A stretch of 64,000 nt of DNA from a virus. The translations under genes were made by a program, and so were the position numbers. This document shows, in pieces, positions 48,370-55,530 of this stretch. How positions within the stretch are numbered: the first letter of the stretch is position 1; every line of letters starts with the position of its first letter. The notes beneath the pieces were generated by a model. That model saw nothing but the letters and a program-made list of their open reading frames with translations, was not told where the DNA came from and searched no databases. Location of the stretch: positions 1-64,000 of the IMG/VR virus record IMGVR_UViG_3300001533_001295; one strand, 5' to 3'.

Positions 48370-48639
48370 ATGTTCAAATCAATAATTGCAGGTAAACGTG
48401 TAGCAGTTATTAAAGTTAGAGTTAGCTTGCGGGAAGTTAATTATTACGAATATAAGTTTAATAATTGGAAAAACACGGGTATAAATTTTTCTAGGGATAC
48501 GGGAGCTGCTTTAATGAAGCGATCTTCATCGTATTTTTGTTCCAGCGGTAGAACACTTAAAACGGTGTTTGTTTGTATGACGTTAGGAAATGGAGATAAC
48601 GTTGACAAAGTCGTACAGGTGTTCCCGTCGTATGATTGA
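48370..48639 (+). CDS. RxTGP-family small protein (divergent)
   Basis: SRDTGA. Confidence 0.65.
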   Translation: MFKSIIAGKRVAVIKVRVSLREVNYYEYKFNNWKNTGINFSRDTGAALMKRSSSYFCSSGRTLKTVFVCMTLGNGDNVDKVVQVFPSYD

Positions 48640-48666
48640 TAATCGTCTCAACGTAGAAATTCATCC

Positions 48667-48900
48667 ATGCTAGATGATATTGACAGCGACTCAGTTAATG
48701 TAGTCGTTACTGTAACGCGGTCTGGCGTTATTGACTTCTTAGTCAGAAAAAGATACACCGGACCTTACGCTATAATTAAAGATAGCATATGGTTAATTGA
48801 GTCTCACAGAGGATCTATGTGTGACTTTACTACTGTAATTATCACTGCTAGCGATAGGCGGCGGCGCTCAGCAGGTTTCGCGAGTGAGTGTCTTGATTAA
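48667..48900 (+). CDS. RxTGP-family small protein
   Basis: KRYTGP. Confidence 0.7.
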   Translation: MLDDIDSDSVNVVVTVTRSGVIDFLVRKRYTGPYAIIKDSIWLIESHRGSMCDFTTVIITASDRRRRSAGFASECLD

Positions 48901-49105
48901 GGATAATCGTAATTTGGTCTACGTAATTGTTAAAGCTAACAATAAATTTAGATTTAACCTTTGCAGGTACACAGGTGTCTGTTGTAACACACCTACGTAT
49001 GCGCTACTTATGCGCCTTAACGTTAATGATGTGTACGTAGATAACATTTGCGTAAAGTACATTTCGGCGTTAACGCACAAGATAGAAAAATCAACTCATA
49101 GCTGA
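48884..49105 (+). CDS. RxTGP-family small protein
   Basis: CRYTGV. Confidence 0.65.
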   Translation: MSVLIKDNRNLVYVIVKANNKFRFNLCRYTGVCCNTPTYALLMRLNVNDVYVDNICVKYISALTHKIEKSTHS

Positions 49106-49106
49106 A

Positions 49107-49370
49107 GTGTTATATATGAAATTAACGCCGTTTATAGTAGATATTTCTCCACAGCAAAAGGCTAAAAACAAGCACGTAATATTTAACTACGATAACTACA
49201 ATCAATTTAGATATACTGGAGCTTGCTTAAGCACAAAAACCGACGTAGTCTTGAGAACGCCAACTTTAATAACACCAGAGCGACCGAAAGAACTTAGACT
49301 TAAACTAATTATTGTAGAATATAAAAAAACGCAGATTTTACCAGTTGCTTATCCTTGGACTCTCGAATAA
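49107..49370 (+). CDS. RxTGP-family small protein
   Basis: FRYTGA. Confidence 0.65.
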   Translation: MLYMKLTPFIVDISPQQKAKNKHVIFNYDNYNQFRYTGACLSTKTDVVLRTPTLITPERPKELRLKLIIVEYKKTQILPVAYPWTLE

Positions 49371-49578
49371 CGCTAATGTAATGACGTTAGTTGTTGAAAT
49401 TAGTAACACGCTACGCATATCGTATTGCGTAGATAAAAAAACTAATTTAAAAATTATCACAGAATACAGATTTACTGGGGCTGCGTTTGTAGTTCGCGGT
49501 ATTTCTTATTTAAACAAAAAAAACACTTTATACTTAATACTTGACGTACGCAACAGAAAGGTAGCTGGTCTTGTGTAA
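49345..49578 (+). CDS. RxTGP-family small protein
   Basis: YRFTGA. Confidence 0.65.
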   Translation: MLILGLSNNANVMTLVVEISNTLRISYCVDKKTNLKIITEYRFTGAAFVVRGISYLNKKNTLYLILDVRNRKVAGLV

Positions 49579-49582
49579 GCCA

Positions 49583-49729
49583 ATGGTAATAGTAACGATT
49601 CATTACTTAGAATATAAAATTAACGCAACTTATCCGCACAGATTGCGTGTATTGTGTGCAGCTTATGAACGTACGACTTACGGAAATTTACGCCATTATG
49701 TTAGAGATACCGGGTTATTTCTTGTTTAA
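49583..49729 (+). CDS. RxTGP-family small protein, truncated (48 aa, not in ORF track)
   Basis: ...YGNLRHYVRDTGLFLV*. Confidence 0.5.
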   Translation: MVIVTIHYLEYKINATYPHRLRVLCAAYERTTYGNLRHYVRDTGLFLV

Positions 49730-49732
49730 ACG

Positions 49733-49942
49733 ATGTGTAAGGTATTTAGTATGAATGAATTTGACGTTTTAAGCGTCGATATTTTTAGTGTCGATTATTT
49801 TATTTACGGAGATTACAACAAATACAGACACACCGGCCCCTCTGTAATTAAGAAACATGTAGTAGCTTTAGATAAGTATGTAGCCCATCCACGCATACCA
49901 GCCAGGATTGATGCGTCTAAAAAAATTACTGATTTTAACTAA
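49733..49942 (+). CDS. RxTGP-family small protein
   Basis: YRHTGP. Confidence 0.7.
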   Translation: MCKVFSMNEFDVLSVDIFSVDYFIYGDYNKYRHTGPSVIKKHVVALDKYVAHPRIPARIDASKKITDFN

Positions 49943-49944
49943 GT

Positions 49945-50172
49945 ATGAAAAATATCAGAGTAACGGTAGGCATCGATGCTAGAAAAATAGCCCACAACAC
50001 AAGCATACATTTTTGTGTTTATTTTATTTACGTAAACTACGGCAACAAATACGACCGGTTTACCGGTCCTTGCGCGTCTTTTCAAGATGACACTGTCTCG
50101 ATCAACAACACCGAATTAGACTTAAAGAAAAAGACAGAACGCAGTTACTTAAATTATTTTTACCGCAGATAG
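49945..50172 (+). CDS. RxTGP-family small protein
   Basis: DRFTGP. Confidence 0.7.
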   Translation: MKNIRVTVGIDARKIAHNTSIHFCVYFIYVNYGNKYDRFTGPCASFQDDTVSINNTELDLKKKTERSYLNYFYRR

Positions 50173-50178
50173 TAACTA

Positions 50179-50421
50179 TTAAAAAGACTTGACCTCGTTT
50201 TTATTTAAATCAACATCAGTGTTGTTGACTGAGTTACCTAAATTAGAGCAAGAGCCAAGTATAGTTATTACGCCTACGACAACTGTAACCCAAGCAGCTA
50301 CTGTAGAAGGCTTGAGTACGTCTTTACCTTCTCCAGGTTCGTTTAAGTAATCTCCACCAACTACTTTGTCTATCTTATTTACGTTGTTGATGTTTATTTT
50401 AGTGATCTTATCTCTTCGCAT
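50179..50421 (-). CDS. Small membrane protein
   Basis: One hydrophobic segment VAAWVTVVVGVITILG. Confidence 0.6.
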   Translation of the reverse strand: MRRDKITKININNVNKIDKVVGGDYLNEPGEGKDVLKPSTVAAWVTVVVGVITILGSCSNLGNSVNNTDVDLNKNEVKSF

Positions 50422-50422
50422 A

Positions 50423-50725
50423 TCAGTCTACTTTATTATTAGTTTCTCCACCTAGATTACCTATAGAGTTTACTCGGTCTATATCTATGTTGACGTTGGA
50501 CTTGTTACTAATGATTTGTACTGAGTGAATTAAATTCTCATGCCTAGTACACAGGTGCTCAAACTTACTTTCTAACTTACCTATATCAGCTACACACCTA
50601 TCTATGTTTTGTGCGTGAAATCTCATGTTAGCTTTAAGGTTAGTGATGTCTGCGTATATAGCTGCAAACTCTCCTCTAAGCTTATCTAACCTGTCTATGA
50701 GTTCTACGTATCTAGTGACGTCCAC
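50423..50725 (-). CDS. Coiled-coil hypothetical protein
   Basis: Heptad pattern; part of a minus-strand three-gene operon. Confidence 0.6.
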   Translation of the reverse strand: MDVTRYVELIDRLDKLRGEFAAIYADITNLKANMRFHAQNIDRCVADIGKLESKFEHLCTRHENLIHSVQIISNKSNVNIDIDRVNSIGNLGGETNNKVD

Positions 50726-50738
50726 GACTAAACCTTAA

Positions 50739-51386
50739 CTAGCTAGAGCATAGTAAATAATGTTTTCCGTCAAACATATATTTATGTACGTGCGTGTGTA
50801 TCTTACGTAGCTCATTATTACTTAAACCAACCTCCAATGTTAATTCTGCGTCATGTCTACAACTGGGTATAGCTAAAATTAGGTATAATTCTTTTATACT
50901 GTCCTCACTCAAAAACGAATTAACTTCAGACCCTACCAACTCTTCACACACCTTATTAAACTGTTCGGCAAATTCTTGTGTCGAAAAAATTACATTTAAA
51001 TTCTCGTCTATGATGATGAACTTTAAATGTGCTTCTTTTATGCCGTAGAGCGTAGTTATTGCTCGCTGGTTAGATCCATCCGCATCTGGGATGTAGCTTT
51101 CGGTTAAACCATCTATAGCTTTGTCTAAACTATCCTCTATCTTTTTTATGCGTAAATCTTCAAACACCATAAACACACACATAAAAGCCAGAGTAGACGA
51201 GGCCACGATCGTTATAGTTATCACTAAGCTGTTGTTTTGATTTAACTCTTGCTTAGTAACCGTGTCCAAGCTAACTTCTGCTGCGTAATTAATCTTGTAG
51301 TCGAGATTAAACAACGTAATAAATAGAATACTTATGTATACTATCGTTGTAGGTATTAAGTATTTATCGAATCCTAAAGTTGTCAT
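50739..51386 (-). CDS. Membrane protein with PAS-like domain
   Basis: Two TM segments, then IIIDENLNVIFSTQEFAEQFN...EELVGSEVNSFL. Confidence 0.6.
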   Translation of the reverse strand: MTTLGFDKYLIPTTIVYISILFITLFNLDYKINYAAEVSLDTVTKQELNQNNSLVITITIVASSTLAFMCVFMVFEDLRIKKIEDSLDKAIDGLTESYIPDADGSNQRAITTLYGIKEAHLKFIIIDENLNVIFSTQEFAEQFNKVCEELVGSEVNSFLSEDSIKELYLILAIPSCRHDAELTLEVGLSNNELRKIHTHVHKYMFDGKHYLLCSS

Positions 51387-51450
51387 AACTAACTGCTCAA
51401 GCTTATCTTATTGTTAACAGGGTTGGTTTTCGCACCGAATTCAATTACCA

Positions 51451-52101
51451 TTGTTTGATGGCTTTACGCCGACAATTGAAACTTACTCTATTCTAGGTAC
51501 AAGTAGCATGTCTGACGAATTAGACGCTGTCCTTAACTATATTAGCTCTAAATTAAATAAGAGCAGCGCTATTCCAGCAGAAGAATTAGCGGGTGCGGCG
51601 CAGCAGATTCCAGGCCAAGAACCTCCTATGGATCCTGCTGCAGGCGGAGCTCCGCCAGTAGATCCCGCTACTGGTATGCCTATGGATCCGGCCATGATGG
51701 ATCCGGCCATGATGGATCCGGCCATGATGGATCCGGCTATGGCTGGCGGACCGCCTATGGATCCTGCGGACGATCCTATCTTAGGTGAGCTATTCGGTAA
51801 GTTAGATTTAGTAGTAAAGAAGAACTCACAGATCTTAACTCTCGTAGCTTCTATTGCAGAGGCTCTGGGAGTTCAGCCTAGCATTGCCGAGCTTCTTGAA
51901 GCTGGCGAGGACGTGGTAGATGAGAACGCCATGAAGCAGGCCAGCGTTCCAGAAGGTTACGTCGAAGTGCCTTACGGTTACTCAGACGGCAAACCTAGTC
52001 ACGTCAGCGATACGGTTGAAGACGTTAAGAACAGTCAGCATGAGAAGCTGTCCTCGTCTGCGGCTGTATTCAAGCGTTATCTAGCTACGAAAAACAAGTA
52101 A
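51451..52101 (+). CDS. Probable virion protein with MDPAM repeats (likely start 51508)
   Basis: 15-bp repeat atggatccggccatg three times; KSSA, KQAS motifs. Confidence 0.65.
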   Translation: MFDGFTPTIETYSILGTSSMSDELDAVLNYISSKLNKSSAIPAEELAGAAQQIPGQEPPMDPAAGGAPPVDPATGMPMDPAMMDPAMMDPAMMDPAMAGGPPMDPADDPILGELFGKLDLVVKKNSQILTLVASIAEALGVQPSIAELLEAGEDVVDENAMKQASVPEGYVEVPYGYSDGKPSHVSDTVEDVKNSQHEKLSSSAAVFKRYLATKNK

Positions 52102-52105
52102 AGCT

Positions 52106-52351
52106 GTGAAAAATAATTTATCAGCTGGCATTTTCTCTTTAGGCAGCGATCACGGTAAAGTAATATCTGGCGATGTTATCGTGATCTTCGACCAGTATGG
52201 GTCGCCTTTGGTAGGCGTAGATAAAGTAGCAAACAAGCTAACTCTTATCTGCACCCACGATAAGCCTGATGAAATGCGTCAGTTTTTAGCTAGGCATAAC
52301 ATACCAACTAATGTACCTAATGTAACTTCGGTTAAGATACCTCATGGCTGA
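52106..52351 (+). CDS. Hypothetical protein
   Basis: 81 aa ORF. Confidence 0.6.
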   Translation: MKNNLSAGIFSLGSDHGKVISGDVIVIFDQYGSPLVGVDKVANKLTLICTHDKPDEMRQFLARHNIPTNVPNVTSVKIPHG

Positions 52352-54662
52352 TCTAACGTTTGGGCAATTAATTTTATCTAAAATTTTGCCGCCGGACGTT
52401 TATAGGCCGGGGCAATCTATAGATAAAAAATCTATAAATACTATTCTAGAAGACGTAGCTAGAAAGTATCCCGAACGTTACGAGGACATATCTTTCCAGC
52501 TACTTCAGCTAGGTAAAGACAGCGGTATAGCTCAAGGCGGCGCCAGCTTTGATATAGATGATCTTCTAACACCTCCGAAGGCTAAAATTAGGAGAGATAA
52601 ATTAAAAGACAAAATCAAGCTAGTATTAGAGACAGCTCCACCTGAAGCTAGAAATCAGCTGATAGTTGATATGCTTCAAAAAGCCAGAGATACTGACGTA
52701 GGTGAAGTTCACTCTGAGGCTGAGCAGCTCAAAAATAATTTAGCTATGCAGCTGAAAGGAGCTGGCCGAGGTAACCCTGTCAATTTAGCTAGATTAATAG
52801 CTAGCGATCTAATTTATTCGGACTCAGAAGGAAGTCCTATACCTGTACCTATTCTGCGTAGCTACAGCCAAGGTTTGACGCCCGGCGAGCATCTCTCCAG
52901 TGTGTTTAGTTCTAGGGGAGGTTTGATAGTTACCAAGCTAGGAGTAGGTGAGTCCGGGTATCTATCTAAGATGCTATCAGCAGGGGCTCACAGGCTGGCT
53001 GTGACCGACGTAGACGCCCCTGAAGATAGGCAGTGGCTAGCTAGCGCTAAAGGCTTGCCTGTAGATACCACTGACAACGACAACGTAGGATCCCTGCTGG
53101 CTTACGATGCAGGCCCTTATAAGAGGAACACGGTACTTACGCCTAAGATACTAGAAGATCTTAAAGATAAAGGCTACGACCAAATAGCTGTTAGAAGTCC
53201 TTTGACGACTACTGAGCCGGAAGGTGGCGTGTACGCTAGAGATGTTGGTTTAGATGAAAACCATAAACTAGTAGCTGTTGGCTCAATACCAGGAATACTA
53301 GCTGCTTCTGCTTTATCTGAGCCTTTAACACAAGGAGCGCTCAGCTGCTTATCAGTTGGTACTTTAGTCAGAATGGCGGACAAGTCTGAAAAACCTATTG
53401 AAGAAGTTGATATAGGGGAGTGGGTACTGGGCGCAGACGAGTTGGGAAGAGTGTTCCCTACACTTGTCACAAATATATGGGATCAAGGCAAGCAGCCGGT
53501 ATATAAGTACACTTTTTCTAACTTACCCAACTTAGCGCCAGTTGAAGTAGAATGTACCGAAGAGCATGTCGTACTTTTATCGGACGGCATGAACAATTCT
53601 AAAGAGCCTATCGGTCGTCGCTGCTCTAATAAGACTAACGATATTTGCGCTGTTTACGTAAGTAAAACCGACAAAGCTTACAGCGACTGCTGCGCACCGC
53701 TTAGCTGCGAGTATGTGGGTGAGCGGCAGTGCTACGACATTGAGGTGTCTAATCCGTCTTCGCTATTCGTGCTAGCTAGTGGCTTAGTAGTTAGTAACTC
53801 GAAGCACGGTGGAGCTACAGCTGGCGGAAACATATCCGGCTTTGCTCTTATAGAGAAGCTAGTTAATACACCTAAAGAGTTTAGAGAAGCAGCTACTTAT
53901 GCGTCTAAAGACGGCCAGGTTTCTGCGGTTAAACCTGCGCCGCAAGGTGGTAATTATGTGATTATCAGCGGAGAGAAGCATTACATACCTGCTTCTGCTA
54001 ATATAAATGTTAAGCTCGGACAGTCAGTTGAAGCTGGCGACAGACTCAGCTCTGGTCCAATTCACCCGCATTTAGCTGTCAAGTACAAAGGCTTAGGCGA
54101 AGGAGCTCGGCAGGTTACAAGTCAAATCGTTGAATCTATGCGAGATAGCGGTCTTAAAGTTCACCGCAGAAATGTCGAGCTTGTAGTCAGAGGGCTTCTC
54201 GACCGTGTACGCCTAACGTCTGAATACGGCGATTACGTTCCTGATGACGTAGTGCCTTACAGCCGTATAGAGAGTTCTTATCAGCCAAGGCATGGGTTTA
54301 AACGCCTACCATCTGCTCAAGCAGCCAATAAGTATCTAGAAACTCCTACACTGCATTACACAATTGGAACTAGAATTACTCCTTCGGTTATAAAGAATTT
54401 AAATCGATTTAAGATTGACAAAGTAGACGTACATGATGAACCGCCGCCATTTGAACCAGAAGTGGTCCGTGCGGTAGATTTATTACAGACGGATCCAGAT
54501 TGGCTCACTAGGCATTACGGTACAGGACTTCAAAAAGGTTTACTCAAAGCTGTCCATGAAGGCGACGTATCTTCTACAGATAGTACAAGTTTTGTTCCGG
54601 CTAGGGCTAAAGCTGTAGGTTTTGGTGACAATGAGCCTTTTAAGCTAAAACCACAGGTATAA
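52344..54662 (+). CDS. Phage RNA polymerase beta' C-terminal half, with intein
   Basis: GAGRGN, SYSQGLTP, bridge helix RGGLIVTKLGVGESGYLSKML, VRSP, trigger loop SALSEPLTQGALS|SKHGG, VHRRNVELVVR. Confidence 0.9.
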   Translation: MADLTFGQLILSKILPPDVYRPGQSIDKKSINTILEDVARKYPERYEDISFQLLQLGKDSGIAQGGASFDIDDLLTPPKAKIRRDKLKDKIKLVLETAPPEARNQLIVDMLQKARDTDVGEVHSEAEQLKNNLAMQLKGAGRGNPVNLARLIASDLIYSDSEGSPIPVPILRSYSQGLTPGEHLSSVFSSRGGLIVTKLGVGESGYLSKMLSAGAHRLAVTDVDAPEDRQWLASAKGLPVDTTDNDNVGSLLAYDAGPYKRNTVLTPKILEDLKDKGYDQIAVRSPLTTTEPEGGVYARDVGLDENHKLVAVGSIPGILAASALSEPLTQGALSCLSVGTLVRMADKSEKPIEEVDIGEWVLGADELGRVFPTLVTNIWDQGKQPVYKYTFSNLPNLAPVEVECTEEHVVLLSDGMNNSKEPIGRRCSNKTNDICAVYVSKTDKAYSDCCAPLSCEYVGERQCYDIEVSNPSSLFVLASGLVVSNSKHGGATAGGNISGFALIEKLVNTPKEFREAATYASKDGQVSAVKPAPQGGNYVIISGEKHYIPASANINVKLGQSVEAGDRLSSGPIHPHLAVKYKGLGEGARQVTSQIVESMRDSGLKVHRRNVELVVRGLLDRVRLTSEYGDYVPDDVVPYSRIESSYQPRHGFKRLPSAQAANKYLETPTLHYTIGTRITPSVIKNLNRFKIDKVDVHDEPPPFEPEVVRAVDLLQTDPDWLTRHYGTGLQKGLLKAVHEGDVSSTDSTSFVPARAKAVGFGDNEPFKLKPQV
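53346..53798 (+). mobile_element. Mini-intein (151 aa) in RNAP trigger loop
   Basis: ALS|CLSVGTLVRMAD...CTEEH...CYDIEV...LVVSN|SKH. Confidence 0.88.
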
Positions 54663-54664
54663 AC

Positions 54665-55516
54665 GTGACTTTAGATTTTCGTAAATCAGCGCTTTATCAA
54701 GCCATTAAAATAGCTAGATGCTGGAAAGGCTACGAACCTGTTCCAGGCATGAAAGCCTATGAACCTGGTTCATGCCGGCCTAAAGGCAGCAAGCCAGATA
54801 AGAAGAAGAAAGAAGTAAGCTCTAAGGCAGCTAACTATTTAATAAAGCTAGCAATAGATACCGCTCAATACGGTAGTCCGGGTCCTGCAGCTCGCCAGCA
54901 AGCTAGCGTACGAGATCCTAGAAGTCTGTCTTATTTAGCGGAGCCGGGGTTTGGCAATTGGATTTACTCTATGGGAGGTGCTATCAGGCACTCTATCCCA
55001 GGTATAGGTGGTTATCCTCATAAAAGTTTCTACGATCCTAGAACTACTTCATTAAATCACATGGATCCTGAAACTAGGCGCATTAGAGATTTACGTAATT
55101 CTTATAATAGATTTTGGGCTGGTTTAGGTTATACGTCTTCTAACACAGAGTTAGAGCAGCAGAGGGCTATGGACTACATACAAGCTGCTCGCCTAGGGGC
55201 TATTCCTAGAACAGCTATATTTGAGGCCGGCGAAGCTAGACCTCTACAAGATCCTAATTTTATAAGTGCTGCTAAAACAACTCACTCAGCTCCTGTTGCA
55301 CCTAGGCCAGCTCCAATAGCTGCCGGATCACCGCCTGCGACTTCTAACGTTACTCCTAATGCTTCAACTACCGCACAGCCGGCACCTACCGCACAGCCGA
55401 CAAGTAGCCGTCCAGCTGCTCCGGTTGATAACAGTCCAGTGAGGTTTAGAGCAGCGGATGGTATGGGTGTAGAAGAAGCTTTAAATAACGTAAGAAGATC
55501 TCATTCAAGGAACTAA
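54665..55516 (+). CDS. Probable virion protein with CWKGY motif
   Basis: CWKGYEPVPGMKAYEPGSC; KSA/KIA/KAA/KLA motifs; Pro/Ala tail. Confidence 0.6.
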   Translation: MTLDFRKSALYQAIKIARCWKGYEPVPGMKAYEPGSCRPKGSKPDKKKKEVSSKAANYLIKLAIDTAQYGSPGPAARQQASVRDPRSLSYLAEPGFGNWIYSMGGAIRHSIPGIGGYPHKSFYDPRTTSLNHMDPETRRIRDLRNSYNRFWAGLGYTSSNTELEQQRAMDYIQAARLGAIPRTAIFEAGEARPLQDPNFISAAKTTHSAPVAPRPAPIAAGSPPATSNVTPNASTTAQPAPTAQPTSSRPAAPVDNSPVRFRAADGMGVEEALNNVRRSHSRN

Positions 55517-55530
55517 GTTAGGTAAAATTA

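Larger units (their letters stand above)
43889..50172 (+). repeat. Tandem array of about 28 small paralogous genes with R[YH]TGP motif
   Basis: Nearly every 48-97 aa ORF carries RYTGP/RHTGP or a close variant, flanked by beta-strand-like hydrophobic segments. Confidence 0.92.

Noticed and set aside
43889-50172. RxTGP array as a CRISPR array or integron cassette array
   Set aside because: The conserved core is about 15 nt, varies at synonymous positions and has irregular spacing. Genes overlap with no room for attC-like sites, and no cas or integrase gene is seen.
43889-50172. Diversity-generating retroelement targets
   Set aside because: No reverse transcriptase or template/variable repeat pair with adenine-specific differences was seen in this window.
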